Below, piece after piece: positions 28,920 through 43,045 of a stretch of DNA of 64,000 bases. This stretch comes from Eledone cirrhosa (lineage: Eukaryota). The notes under the pieces were generated by a model, which worked only from the letters and a program-made list of their open reading frames with translations, was not told the DNA's origin and made no database searches. Numbering within the stretch: the first letter of the stretch is position 1; each line of letters begins with the position of its first letter. The translations under genes were made by a program, and so were the position numbers. The stretch covers positions 148,800,001 through 148,864,000 of the forward strand of contig OZ024742.1 in NCBI GenBank assembly GCA_964016885.1. The letters are read 5' to 3'.

Positions 28920-29038
28920 GTGGTAACGTTCTTCACAACCAGCTCAGATTGATAAATATCAACGAACCTCTGCAGCTTCATATTCACTGCGACTGGATTG
29001 AAAGTCCCGGCATTGCAGAATATCTCTACCCACTCTAG
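28920..29038 (+). CDS. Terminal coding exon of the uncharacterised gene (SGNVLHNQLRLININEPLQLHIHCDWIESPGIAEYLYPL*)
   Basis: Strong acceptor tttctcttctgtttccAG, phase 1, open to TAG at 29036-29038. Confidence 0.75.
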
Positions 29039-29355
29039 TAATAATGCTCGTTGTGTTAATAGCTATAATATTAGTAACAGAAATAGTAGTAGTCGTAATA
29101 ATAACCTGTTGCTTTTTTAAACACTATTCTTCTGCAGCAGCGAATGGAACTCTCTTTTTTTCATTTAAGTATCCATGGATTAAGTTGTCTGCCAAAGCAG
29201 AAATGTTTTAATACAGTAAATCTATATTGAGTTGTTACGGCTTGTATCAAACCATGTCTTACTTTATTTCATTTTACTATATATCTCATCTACCGCTCAA
29301 TCCCCTTTACTCTCCCTCTATCTATCTATCCCTCTATCTATCTATCTATCTATCA

Positions 29356-29398
<43 letters not shown>

Positions 29399-30200
29399 CC
29401 TCTATCTATCTATCTATCTATCTCATGCCAGTGATAGAAATGGATTTAGAAAATTACACACCAGCCGAACTACCAATCCATGGGTTGTGAAATCAGTTCC
29501 CATTTAATGCACTTTGCTGTGTCTATTGCCAAGACGATGAATTCGATTTGCCTCAGTTTACCTAGTTGTAGAAGACGTTCCGAGTCTTTCTGGGAAAGAC
29601 TAGAGTCCTAACTATAGGGCAAATTTATCTCATGCCTGCTAGACACTACTTAACCCCTGAAGAACCGGTCTACTGGACTATTGTAGTTCGAGAAAGGATA
29701 TATTTTAGAACTATATCCTTGATATATGTTCCCGGACAGAATCACAATGGAACTCATCAGTTATCAGTGAAGAAATCCAACACATGTAATTGGTTACTAG
29801 TTTTACAAAGAATGCTCTATAATCATCTCTACTGGTACAAGAGTTAAACATAAATGCTGTATCTAGAAGTAGATATACGTTGTATATCCGGTTAAATTTC
29901 ATCTCCATCACTGCTAAAAAAAAACACGTTGAATGGCATACATTTTTTTAATGTCATATCGGCCATTTTGTTAAACAAAACCTATTACCTTATTGAATCT
30001 TTCTTTACATGGAATTAATACCGTCTTTATTATGTATTGATATTAAGTCTATAAAATATTCTCAACTCTGTTTTATTCATATTTATGTGTTTGTGTCTCT
30101 TTAATTTTTTTCTTTTCTCATCTCTCTTTTATATTGGTGATAAGATAGTGTAGACTAAATGACTAAAATATCTATAGTTGATAGTTTGAAATATTTATGA

Positions 30201-30292
<92 letters not shown>

Positions 30293-31609
30293 ATGTGTGT
30301 TCTCTTCGATATTCTACAAGAAAACAAAATCTCTAAGGAGTATTGTTTGACTTCATATGTAATATTCAAATACATTCTTTTCATACTAACACTAGAGATT
30401 TGTTCCCTCTTTATAGTAAGTGAAGATCAACAGCTAAGTGAATAGAGTATTGTGCTTCTGTTGGACTTACCCTGACCAAAACACTAAAGTATTCTACCAG
30501 TCATAATTGACTATCTACAAGACAAACAAGAGAAAAATAAAAAATGGACAACCGTCTGTTTCAACAATGAGTGTTCCAGTTGTTCGATCAACGGAACGTT
30601 CTACTCATTAAATTAACGTGTAAATGGTTGAGCATTCTACAGATAGATAGAGCGTGACACTGTGTGTGACTGGCCCTTTGAATTACAGGCACTATCTATC
30701 TGACGGACCTTCAAACAGTTTGCGTCAACCTAATTTCACTCACAAGTTTGGGTTGACCTGAGGCTGTGATAAAGTCCCTTGACCAAGATGGCCCGTAGTC
30801 GAACCGAACATGGAACCTAATAATTGCGATGTGAACTTCTTAACTATTCGGCTATGTTGTGTCCTTGTCAAGAGAATGGCAGAGAGAGCGTAAATGACTC
30901 GGTAATGTAGAGACGGACCAAATAATCGTAAATGACCGAAGTATTTGGAGGCTAACAGAACTGTGACTAATTATTCTTGTATGAGAACTGAATACCTGAC
31001 TATTTGTTAGCTTTCTTTTATAAATTTAACATAAGGAGAATTCACGCAAACAAAGGTATGAACCTCGGTGTAGTATTTAGTTTATCCAACCGACAAACAT
31101 TTAAACTGAAAAAGTAGAAGAATAAAACTAAATATGGAATTCCTACAATTGCACGTGGTCACATCTTTGGAGAAAAGCAGAATCGATTAAACCTAACACA
31201 GGTCTTGATCATGTTCATTTATAGACCTTCAGAAGTATTAAATACTATGTCTATCTTCACTAATATTGAACTAAGAACGGAAAGGGATGTAACTAAATAC
31301 CGCAAGGCATTTTGTCTGACGATCTACTGATTCTGCCATCCACAGCTTTGGACGAATCTTGATTGTATACTGACCTGATCGATATCGAAACAGACGAAGC
31401 TAAATATTGTAAGGCTTTTAGTTTTGGAGGTTACTTTCTACATAACAGTTCCCCCACGATTAATATTGTAACCATGATCTTGAGAAAAAGAATGATGTTG
31501 AGAGAGAGACGCAGTCTCCAAGCTAAAGAGACGGTGGTTAATACACTTTTACTCCCATTCAGCAATGCTCATAGATAAATTACTTCACTCCCATTGGCCT
31601 AATCCTCTT

Positions 31610-31745
31610 TACTATAAACTCCCCGTCTCCTAATCTTCTTAGTTATAAACTCCCGTTGTCCTAGACCTCTTAACTATAAACTCCCGTTGTTCTAGATTAT
31701 TTAGCTATAAACTCCCTTTGCCTTCGTTCTCTTAATTATAAGTTC
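31610..31745. repeat. Diverged ~31-33-bp tandem repeat (tataaactcccgttgt...), about 4 copies
   Basis: tataaactcc recurs four times at near-regular spacing. Confidence 0.8.
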
Positions 31746-31915
31746 TGTAGGTAAAATAGGCGGCGAATTGTCAGAATTGTTACAACGTCGGATAGAATGT
31801 TTTACGTTATTTGTTCCAGATCTCTGCATATTTTGAGTTCAAATCCGGCTGAAGTCAACTTTGCCTTTCATTCTTTCGAGGTCGATAAAAAAGTACCAAT
31901 CCAGTATTGGTATCG

Positions 31916-32043
<128 letters not shown>

Positions 32044-32045
32044 AA

Positions 32046-32227
32046 TACCATATTTCCCGGCGCTGAATACACTTCGTCATCGAGGATGCACTCTAATTTT
32101 GACAGACCAAAATTTGAAAAAAAAAATAGTAATGAAAAATGTAACCTTCGGTCTCCATGACGCATGGTAGATTTTTGAGACTTATTTTAGGGAAAAAGTA
32201 GCGTCTTCGACGCCGGGAAATACGGTA
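32046..32227. mobile_element. Tc1/mariner/pogo-type MITE
   Basis: TIRs TA-ccatatttcccggcg / cgccgggaaatacgg-TA; partial inverted copy at 50244-50383. Confidence 0.8.
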
Positions 32228-32345
32228 GGTTGTATCAGATCTGAAAGTGCCTGAGACGTATGTCATGACCGCGCCCCTGATACTCCATCGAGAGTTACAG
32301 GTTCATACATACATACATACATACATACATACATACATACATACA

Positions 32346-32377
<32 letters not shown>

Positions 32378-32378
<1 letters not shown>

Positions 32379-33001
32379 GATGGCTGCCCCCTCGTTATCG
32401 AGTATGGCCATTGCACGATATACCATTATTAATAATTATTAATTAATTTTATCGTGCAATGCCTGTGCGTGAAGATATTTTTTAAAGTGAGGAAAGACTG
32501 TGCACTGAGTCAATCTCAATCTCTGAGCGACAGTAGCTATAACTCGAAAAGAAGAAAAGATCAACATCATCGGTAACTAGTGAGCCACAGGTTTTATATC
32601 GGAGTTATCCCAGTTTCCTGAGTTGCCTTCTCCGAGAAGAATGCCCTGACAAAGGCTAGGGGTCCTTCACTCCCGGTGGTTTAACCGCGCGATCCGGTGT
32701 CCAGCCCGATTAGTTCTATGTCCCCGCGCATATACATACACATGCATCCATGTATATACACATATACATATACATACATATGTACATGTGTATATACATA
32801 TTTATACACTTTTGGATGGCCGTTGACTCTTGAGTTCTTCCGCCCTTTGTCAGGTTTTGTTCTTTGTCCTGCAGGGTGTCCAAAATCACCCTCCTCGCCA
32901 AGTAAACTTGATGGGGTTGCCGGTTTAGTCGCCGACGACCCGACCATGCGACAGGTTGTACTGGGTTACATGTTACCAGTAGCACCCAAGAGTGACCCGA
33001 C
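32378..33001 (-). mobile_element. Apparently full-length copy of the (CATA)n-associated non-coding element
   Basis: Sharp borders against (CATA)n on both sides; homologous to 11128-11665. Confidence 0.8.
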
Positions 33002-33054
33002 ATACATACATACATACATACATACATACATACATACATACATACATACATACA

Positions 33055-33456
33055 TGGTCGCTGCCAACTCGTTTTCGAGTACGGCCACTACTTTATATCC
33101 ATGTAGGAGAACGCCTACCAATGCGCTGAACGAGTGTTGCTTTTTAGTCCAGCCAGTGACTTGAAAACTCTGGTACAAACACTACACTTGTGACAATTAT
33201 TGACACATAGTCCTGGTCCCATGGTACCATGTGACGACAAGTGCAGAGAGATCTCCAGATATAAAGCAATGCCTGTGCCGTGAAGCTTTTATAGTGAGCA
33301 AAGGCACTGCACAAAGCCAGTCCCACTCTCTTAACCAAGATGATATTTACCAAAAAGAAGGACAAGTCAACATCATTGGATACTATCAGGGTTGCAGGTG
33401 TTATATCAGAGTTTTCCTTCTCCTAGAATTCTGCCTTGACAAAGGCTAAGGGGTCA
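33055..33456 (-). mobile_element. Diverged, 5'-truncated relative of the same family
   Basis: Shares gcaatgcctgtgc, tcccactctc, tcaacatcat and gacaaaggcta.ggg blocks; bounded by (CATA)n. Confidence 0.75.
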
Positions 33457-33516
33457 TACATACATACATACATACATACATACATACATACATACATACA
33501 TACATACATACATACA

Positions 33517-35867
33517 TTACTGGTCCCCAAGAAGAAAGACACCCACTTGGTAAAAAAACTACTGACCCATTGCATGCCAGAACCTGATGTATAAGATGTA
33601 TACAGCCTGCTTGAACCTATTCCTCCAAGATCACTGTGAAAATAATAACATCATCACAGATGAACAAGCAGCTGGAAAGAAATGAGTTTGGGAATGTGCT
33701 GAACAACTTCTAATCAACAAAACTGCGATGTCGGAGGTGCGACAACTTAGGAGGAATATGGCTACAGTCTGGCTGGACTACAGGAAAGCTTTCGATTGTG
33801 TTCCCCACTCTTGGATGATAGAGGCCCTCCAACTTGCTAAAGTTCCAGACATTATTGTCAGAGCCATAGAGAGGCTGTCTTCTTCTTGGGCTACTATCCT
33901 AAGGTTAAAGACAGAGAGGGAGGACTCTATTTTCACTGATAAAATAAAATATTGCAGGGGGACAGTCTCTCTGTGATATTATTCATCTTGTCATTAAACC
34001 CCTTGTCCTTTCTGCTCAAGAAATGTGAGTGATACATCATTGGCTCACAGGAGGACAGAAATACGAACCTAACCCATAATTTCTTTGTGGACGATCTGAA
34101 ACTCTATGCCAAGAACATGGATGGGATGAAGAAAAATCTTGACCTGGTTACAACGTTCTTAAAGGAATGGAGTTTGGCCAAGATAAATGCTCATACATGA
34201 CTGTAAAGCGGGGAAAAACAACAACCAATCTAGCAACATTGTCATCAATGGCCTAACTGTTTCACCGATATCTGATGAGGACTGCTACAGATACCTGGGG
34301 ATAGATGAGAACATATCTTATAATGGTATCTGTAATAAAGAACGCGTAACCAGGGAATACTACATCCGATTAAGAAAGATCTGGTCATCAGAACTCTCTG
34401 CGCAAAACAAAACAGTGGCTCACAATGTGTTTGCTGTGCCTGTCCTAACACCAACGTTTGGAATACTCAATTGGACGATAGACGAAATCCGAGCAGTTAA
34501 TGTTGGAACTCGAAAAATACAAAACAACACCGGAAACTTCCACATCAACAGTGACATAGACCGCCTTTACTTGAAACGTAAGCAGGGAGGCAGAGGCAAC
34601 ATTTGAATGTCGCATCATATCTCTCCAACAACATCTACGAAGCTCGAAGCGTAGGAGCCCGTTTCTTGAGCAAGTCTATCTGCATGAAACAGATAAGATC
34701 ATGAGAGTTGGGAAGGAACTCCTCGATAGATATTCCCTGTGAGATAATCAAAAACTCACACCTAGGGAAGTCGTTCAGCAGTATCACAGTGAATGGATGA
34801 AAAACTGCATGCTTATCAGCAAAAAATCATGCATGGATATGTTGCCAGGAAGCTCCAGAGTGAGAGTAATATAGATAAAGAAAGTAGTCTATCTTGGACC
34901 AACAACCGCTATATTGGCTCCCACTTTGAAGGATACGCTTTTGCAATCCAAGAACAGGAAATTAACACGAAATACTTGATTCACAAAAGAGATAAGGATG
35001 CAGGCAAAACACCTAGATGTGATAACAAGTGCAGACTCTGCAGAACTAAGATCGAGGATATCACCCATGTCATCAGCAGCTGTCCAAAGATGTCATCGCG
35101 GTACTATCTACCTATGAGGCATGATGCAGTGGCCAAAACACTGTACAATGCGGTTCGTAAAAAAGATAGCCCCGATAATAAATACATTAAAAGCTACAGC
35201 AATGTGGAAGACATCCATGTACATAATATGAAAGAGTACTGGTGGAATGTCCCAGTAAAAACCCCAATAAAATGCAGGCATAACAGACCAGATATTATGC
35301 AGGCATAACAGACCAGATATTATGATATGGGACAGGGAGAAGAAAGCATGCACAGTAGTGGAAATTAGCTGCCCAGCAGATGCCAATATAATATCAAAGA
35401 TTAGGGAAAAGGAGAATATTTATGCAGAACTGATGAGAAATCTGCAGATACTCCACCCTGATTACACCTTTAGATTTATGCCTGTGATTATTGGGGCACT
35501 GGGGTATGTTAGTAACTGCCTCAATACAAATCTTGAGAAGCTAGCTTCACAGGAACAGAAAGAACACAACTAGTTAGGAAATTACAATCCATTAATGGAA
35601 CAGTAAAAATATGTAAAACATTCCAAAAATGTTGCATCTAATAACTGCATATACACATGTACAGATACGAAGCATATACACATGCACACATACAACTCAA
35701 AACATACACATCCACACATACATTAACATCCATATCTACACATGCAGACATGCATACATAACCTACCTAGTTGATGTTGTGTAAATTCCAATGAGAGAGT
35801 CCTGTGTCTATGTTAGAAACCGACTCTCTCTCTATTGGTAAAAATTTGTGAAATTATAAAACCAGAA
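33517..35867 (+). mobile_element. 5'-truncated, degenerate R4/Dong-like non-LTR retrotransposon (RT, CCHC knuckle, restriction-like endonuclease) inserted in (CATA)n
   Basis: DYRKAFDCVPHSW, GDSLS, FFVDDLKLY, YRYLG, CRLC...HVISSC, RHD and RPDI..WD.......VEISCP motifs across frameshifts; CATA repeats at both ends. Confidence 0.9.
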
Positions 35868-36249
35868 CATACATACATACCCATAGGTAAAATTCACTTC
35901 ATAACTGTAATTATTTGGAGCAATATAACTCATGTTATATGTATTTGCTGTGCTGAGTTCAAGTCATACTATGGGCTTTCATTGAAAGTGTGGGAGATAG
36001 TTCATATACACGGTCACTACTAAACGGCTGTGACTTCATTGGAACTTTTAATCATATGAAACCCAAGGTTTGGAAGAGGAATACAGTGCAATAAATCTAA
36101 TTTAACTGCTAATTGAAAGTATTCTATGGGTTCTATTTGAGGATCATAAGGGCCAAGTCTTCGGAAACGCCTTTCAGAGGATCGTATCAGAAGCAACAGT
36201 ATTCACATGATCTGGCTGGATTTCCAAGCGAGCCCAATTGAACTAATGA

Positions 36250-36600
36250 ATGGAGGCACATGTCTTAGTGGTTAGAGCATTGGCCTTGCAATCGAAAGGT
36301 TGTGAGTTCAATTCTCAGACCGGGTGATGTGTTGTTTCCTTGGGCAAGACACTTTATTTCACATTGCTCCAGTTTCCTCAGCTGTAGAAATGAGATGATA
36401 GGGACTGGGGTCCCTATCATTCCACTGCAAAGTGGTCGTGGAGGTGCCACGGCAAAAAAGCACCCACCACTCATTGTAAATGAGGTTGGTGTTAGGAAGG
36501 GCATCCAGCTGTAGAAATCAAGCCAGAATCAGTTCCCGTCCCACCCTTGCAAGCAGGGAAAAGCGGACGTAAAATGAAATGATGATGATGATGATGATGA
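36250..36600 (+). mobile_element. tRNA-derived SINE with a (GAT)n tail
   Basis: A-box-like tagtggttagagc and B-box-like gagttcaattc; near-identical copy at 57015-57340 and related heads at about 37850 and 52885. Confidence 0.85.
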
Positions 36601-37355
36601 ATGTTTTCCAACCATCTTGCTCATGGTCTACCTTTGGGTTTCCTGCCAATGGGCTTTACCCGTAAAATTAGTCCTGTAATTCTTTCTTAATACATTTTAA
36701 TAGATGTGGTGAAGTAGCTGCTCTACCTGAAGTGACTCCCTATCTCCGACCTACGCATTCTATCGAGTAGTGTTATTCCAAAGACCCTTCGTGGGGACCA
36801 CATTTCGTTAGCTTGTGTTCACGATAGTGTTCTCTCGGTTATTACCCAAGATTCATAACCATAGGTAAGATTAGGCACGAACACCGTATGATAGTTGAAA
36901 CATTATTTTATCTAGATGCTTGGCTTCAACAATGAAACGAAACTGTCTCGCAATGTCAAATCAACCAGAGTTTACCTTTTACATTGTAGTAATTATCACT
37001 CACCTGTTTCAACAGTTGCTTCTTTCGAGTTAAAATCATTATGTTCCGAGATCGATCCCACTGCAGAGCATCTTAGGCAAGTGTCCTTTACCATAGCCTC
37101 GAATCCACCCATACATTCTGAGTTAAATTAGGTAAACGGAAATTATTTGGAAGCCCGCACGATAGACGCTACCTGTAATTAAAATGACCGGCCTTGTCAC
37201 ACACTCTGTCATGCTGAATCTCTCAAAGAACAAAGTTAAGGATACACGTGTCTATGAAATGCTCAGCCGCCTACACGTTAATTTCATTATGAACCGGGTG
37301 TTCTGTTGGTGGTACAGTTGGAACATTCATTGTCTAAAGTTATAGAGATCCATTA

Positions 37356-37643
37356 TACAGGGTGACCACAAAAACACTCCATGATTTCAAATATGGATAT
37401 GCTGCAAAGAGTCTGGACGGATCTTGATTATCGCATTGATGTTTGCCGAGCAACAAAAGGGACACACATGGAGTGTCTATGATATCAACAAATACTTCAT
37501 GTAACTTTGTTAGTTTATGCAACTGTAGTCACCAATATTGTAAGAATATTCATTTAAGTTTTCATATTATAAATATTTTCAAATTATAAGTTTTCAAATT
37601 GTAAGTATTTGAAATCAAGAAGAGTTTTTGTGGTCACCATGTA
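37356..37643 (+). mobile_element. Internally deleted Tc1/mariner-superfamily element
   Basis: TIRs TA-cagggtgaccacaaaaac...tttcaaata / tatttgaaa...gtttttgtggtcaccatg-TA; internal DLDYRIDVCRATKGTHME resembles a transposase C-terminus. Confidence 0.8.
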
Positions 37644-37968
37644 TTTTGACTAGAAATGTGGCAAACCTGTGGAGGAACATGGTCAACTGGTGAGAATGAT
37701 GTAAAAATGGAGCGGCAAGGCAACATTGTATTACCTGTTGGACCACTTCGTTTCACTTTCTTCTACACAATACACACATCCAAACGATATTTTTCCATAA
37801 TACATTTCGTTCGCAATGTCATTGCAGAGTATACCAAGATGAAGTGAATGTACATAGCTTAATGGTTAGGGTGTTGGACTTATGATCATAATGTTGTGGA
37901 TATGATTTCTTGACCGAGAGGCGTGTTATGTTCTTGGGCAAAACACTTCATTTCATATTGCACTAGTA

Positions 37969-38136
37969 CAGTGGTTCCCAAAGTGGTTTCCACAAAGGGG
38001 TGTCTGGGGTTCTGTGAAATAAAAGTAGAGGAGTATATTTATATTACGACCATATAACAGTATTAGACTTTGGGGCTCCCCAAAAAGTTTCTGAACTAAA
38101 GAGGGTTCCGCGTTTGAAAAGGTTTGGGAAACCCTG
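37969..38136. mobile_element. hAT-type MITE nested in a SINE
   Basis: TIRs cagtggttcccaa / ttgggaaaccctg; 8-bp TSD cactagta / ctctagta. Confidence 0.85.
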
Positions 38137-38927
38137 CTCTAGTACATTCAAGTGAACATGAATACCAGCAGTTGCTGGGGGTTAACCTTGCGATATACTG
38201 GCGTCTTGTCATAGGAGAATCTTGTACTCCCAGTCTATTAACTCCGAGGAAACCGAGTCGTCATTTTTAGATAGTGAAATTATGGATATATCAAATATGC
38301 AAAAATGGTTAAGAAACCAAACAGTTTTCATCAATAACAAGAAGAACTGCTCGAATTAATATCGTTTTTTTAGCTAGCCTAAATAATATTAACATGATAC
38401 AACTATATATAGAAAAGATAACATACATTTTCTATCCAATGCTAGTTACAGAGAAAACAAGTTAAAGGGTTGTATACATGTTTATATGAACTGTAAAGAT
38501 GCGTGTGCAACCAAATTACCTTGATAGAGCATAATTGGATGCGTGTGCAACCAAAATACCTTGATAGAGCATAATTCTATATATTAACGACACGTAAATC
38601 TTAATATCTGAAAGAATATATTTTATAGAAGTAAAACATTTTCGGGAAAAGGTTTGCAAAATACGATTCCGACTGACATAGAACCGAAAAAAAGTAACTC
38701 TTCTTGCCATTTTTTTTATTATTTTTTTTTAGCCATAATTCTCCTTTTACACTTATCTCAATACGTCTGCATACAGTTATTACAGAGGGAAAGGTAGAAA
38801 AAGAGGATTGGGCGAAACCATTTACTTAATGTATCCATGGATAGGGTGAGTATACTTCACATTCCTAAGAATATGACTCGAGTAAAATAGGTTTCAACAA
38901 CTTAACAGTTTTTCATTTTTTTTTCTT

Positions 38928-38990
<63 letters not shown>

Positions 38991-39650
38991 TTATTTTTAT
39001 TTTATCTATTTATTTTATTATTATTTTATTTATTTATTTATTTATTTATTTATTTTGCAAAATTTTAATATCTGAACCTAAATAGATCTGCTGCAACAGC
39101 TAAATTAAAAATGTTGTGTATCAATTAGCCAGTCAGGGTGCCTTAACCTTTCTTGCTCAATCGTTTAGAAATAGCGGCTCTATTTTCCCTTAAATCATAC
39201 TCAGCTGTCTTAAAAAGGAAGGACTCAGGGCACAATGTCGTTAGAAATACTTTTTTTTTTTAAATCGAAATGGTTTCCGCGCTGACAGTGGTAGTGGTGG
39301 TGGCAGTGGTGGTGTGGTGGTGGTGGTACTTCTGGTGGTGGGAGTTGCGGTGTTGTTGGTTATCATTGGATGAAATTGACGGAGGTGATGATGGTCATGG
39401 TCTGATGATGATGGTAGTGGTGGTGGTGATGATAGCAGTTTTATTGCAATTGTAGTTGTTCTTTGTGGTGGTGGTGGTGGGGTGGTTACTGAGAGCAAGC
39501 TATATTATACAACATCGCACTTTGATTGATGTATTTTGCACGGAAAAGGTTATATTTTTAGTTTTTATCATCAAAAGTATGGCGCCTCCATTCTTGAATC
39601 GTTCAAAATATTGATATTAACGGTTACATAGTCTCTCATTAATCAACAAT

Positions 39651-39719
<69 letters not shown>

Positions 39720-40630
39720 TTAATTAATAAACATGTGAAAGTAAAGAAGCATAATAAAGGAACCAAAAAAAAAAAACAACCAATGAAAATTTCTAAAGGA
39801 GCAATATCAATCTGTTAGTCTTCCTTATCTTTAATGTAACTAAATTGCAGCTTAAATCAATCTATTTTATCTTATTTTAACTTCGAGACGAGGGTATGTT
39901 TTTTCTCGGTTTGATTAGTTGATACAAATCGAAAAAAATAAGGTTTCTTTTGAAGTTTATTTATTTATTTATTTTAAAAGGGGGCTTGATATAATCCAGA
40001 CGGACAGAAGATGTGTATTTTTTCTTTACTTTATTTCTAAAGTATATGTTATCTTTTGCCTAAGAGATAGGAATTTCGAAAATTAAAGTTTTTTTTTTTT
40101 TGGAATGTTTGAAATTTCAAATGTATAAATATGCAGTTTTCTTCAACCAAACTTGGAGGGAAAGAAAAGGCCGGAAAAAAAATTAAATTTGATTAAATTA
40201 AAACTTGAACTTACAATGAAATTTAAAAAATAATAATAACATAAAAAGTAAACTAAAATCTATTTAAAAGTTTTTTAAATTTTACTTTTTTAACTACACT
40301 TTGAACTTTTTAATGTTTTACCCGTCACAATTTCTATTCATATTAACAACGCAGTTTAGAAAATTTGCAATTTCAAATTTACATGAGGTGGATAACACAA
40401 CGTTGGGTAAAATACGTTGTCATATTTAGTTACCTCCCTTTATGTTTAGTTTCATCTTTCACTTTTTTCCTTCCTAAGACAATTGCTGTGTATGCAGTCT
40501 CCAAGTACCGGGATGCTGGAATAGATCTATTCGCCAGTAACCTTACAAGTACTGCTTAACACAGCTCCGCATTAAGACTGAATTTCCCAAAGAACTTTAT
40601 ATATATAGTAATAATATATATATATATATA

Positions 40631-41470
40631 TTCTCGTGTAGCACCCATCCACCATCTGAGTGAGTTTCTTGGTCAGTGTCCAAGTCTCAGACCCGTACAG
40701 CAGCACAGACTCCACTACAGCAATGAAGAGGCGGATTTTCAGGTCTTTACGAAGGTCCGACTTTCACACCGATCTCAAGCTGTGGCACGCCGCCCAGGCT
40801 TTTCTCTTCCTCTCAACAATATCATCTTCCGTATTCCCAATCTTTGCTCCCAAATACAGGAAGTCCTCAACCAATTCTAGCGGCTTCCCGTCTACATTAG
40901 TGATCCCCTTTGGCTTCTCAACATTCTCTACCAGATATTTTGTTTTAGTCTCATTCATTCTCAGCCTCACACTCATCGACACAGTCTCAACCTCCCGCAT
41001 CAAATCCTCTGCCTCCTTCACTGTATTTGTCGCTAAAACTATGTCGTCGGCAAATTCAGCATCCTATATCTTGTTCACCTTAACTCTCCTGCTCTGAGCC
41101 GGTGCTACAGTAGAGCCAGAGTCCACTACGATAAAAAGGTAGGATGGCTCTGAACATTAATCAGTATACACTGAGGATGAAAAACTCAGTGTTGTATGGG
41201 AGCCTCCCAAAAGTCAGCTCAAAAGTGACACAGGGGAGACTGGGGTTAGCTGGACATGCTCACCGGCATCCAGAGTTGACATTGCACTCAGTGCTCCTGT
41301 GGGAGCCCCTACATGGACACACTGGAAGAAAAAGACCAAGGTTAACGTATGTTGATGCCCTAAGGACAGACACTGGTCTGTTGGAGACGCAGGACATGGC
41401 AGCAATAATGAGGGACAGAGACCGCTGGAGAGAACTCGTCCATGGATCTCGGGAATTTTACCCGCCCTAG
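40631..41470. mobile_element. RTE-group LINE fragment with a 5' inversion (40631-41143 on -, 41140-41470 on +)
   Basis: Minus part: PYLF...FADD...FLYLG...LLYGSETWTLTK...DGCYTR. The plus part continues RMALN...LAGH..RHPE...LLWEP.HG...RDRW. Confidence 0.9.
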
Positions 41471-41954
41471 ATATAGCGCGACACAAATACCCGCATACAT
41501 ACGAACGTATACACCAAATACACATATAAAAAATGTATGTGTGTATGTGTGTGTGTGTGTGTACATATAATTATATAAGCGTATATAAATATGCACACAT
41601 AAATACGTATATAACTCACACGCACACATACCTACAGGTAAAACATATGTTCACCAAACGTAAATATGCCAAAACTCAATGTACACATAAACACACATTA
41701 CATACGTGCAAACACGCATACACGCATACACACACAAACACGAAGTACACATATATATACATAATCATATACACACTTACCAGTATAAATAATATATACA
41801 CCCATAACAAATACAAGCATATATACGTACGAGAAAGCATACGTACCTCCACAGAACATACGAGTATACTTACCTATACAAATAAGTAATGGTATAGACA
41901 TAAAATATACTTAGCTACCACATCAAGACGTAAATTATCCGTGTATTGTTCGTA

Positions 41955-43045
41955 CTATCCGTTTGGGTATAATGTGGGGTTGTAATACAGGAAAGTTTTA
42001 TGCAATTTGTGTTTACAAGCCAAAATTACCTCAGATTTTTTGTTTAAGATGTGATCATTGGCGTAGAGTATTTCCAGGGCTTCAGCGGCGCAAAGATCGC
42101 ATGGTCTTTTATTTCCGCTATACGATCTAGCTTTAGCTAGGATCTCCCAGTGTAACCTATATTGGGTGTCTTTTAGACTCCAGATATAAGCTGAAAGTGA
42201 CGTCATATTCCTTCTTAAAGGGTTAAGAAAAGAATGGGTGTGCATGTAAAGACGCTGCTTGAATTTATTGGCGGTTAACCCTATGTAGGCCTACTAGACG
42301 TGGGTGTTTCGACCTTACATTTGTAGACAGTGTTACTGGGGAGGCATTTCCCGGATAGAGGGCAGTCAACCCGATTCCTACAATTAAAGTTAGTACTGGC
42401 TACGAAGTTGCACGTGTTACTACGGCTAGGTAATTTAGCTAACTTTGAAGCAGTAATGTTATGTGCAAGGTTAGGAGTCGTGGAGTAAGATATTTTAATG
42501 GTATTTCTATTAAAAATGTTATTATATTTATGTGCTGAGGGAAAATGCTTCTTAATAAGGGAGAGAAAGATCTTAGCTAATGGTGTGGCCACCTCCATAT
42601 TATATGGTGGGTTATACCATATAATGCGTCGGGATCTATTTTTCCTAGGTTTATGCTCATATTTAGTATATGCTACCTTATCGACAAATCCACTCCAAGC
42701 AAGAGCTTCATTGTAATATGTGGAATGGTCGGTGAAAATATGTTCGTTTGTAGATATACGGGAAAGCCTCAAAGAAACATTACTTACTAGGTTCTTGGTT
42801 ATGCTGGCAGGATGGTTAGAATGCTTACTGATGTAATTAAGCGTATCATTCGGCTTTCTATACGGGTAGTGCAAGCCATTCGACAAATTGAGGGTAACGT
42901 CGAGGTAGTTTACGACCGAAAGGTTGGCCTCAACTTGTATAGAGAGGTTGAAACCTTTAAAGAAGGCTGTGAGCTCTTTTCTAAACCTGTCGCAAACGCG
43001 GGGACCGCATTTGTCATGGTCAAAAGACCGTCATCGCGATCGATG
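41955..43045 (-). mobile_element. Penelope-like element (Naiad-like) 3' half: RT C-terminus plus GIY-YIG endonuclease
   Basis: RDDGL, YLDVT, YRKPN, SNHP, IIWYNPPY, IFNRNTIKISYS, NCR...CPLSGKCL..TVY, LSAYIWSLK, CDLC and LNKKSE...CKH motifs. Confidence 0.85.

Noticed and set aside
32900-33001. HDV-like or twister ribozyme call for the element head
   Set aside because: I could not thread P1-P3/L3 or the twister pseudoknots by eye; kept only as an unexplained structured motif.
36250-36325. tRNA gene (also about 37850, 52885 and 61990)
   Set aside because: Only A/B-box-like heads that continue into SINE bodies; no complete cloverleaf.
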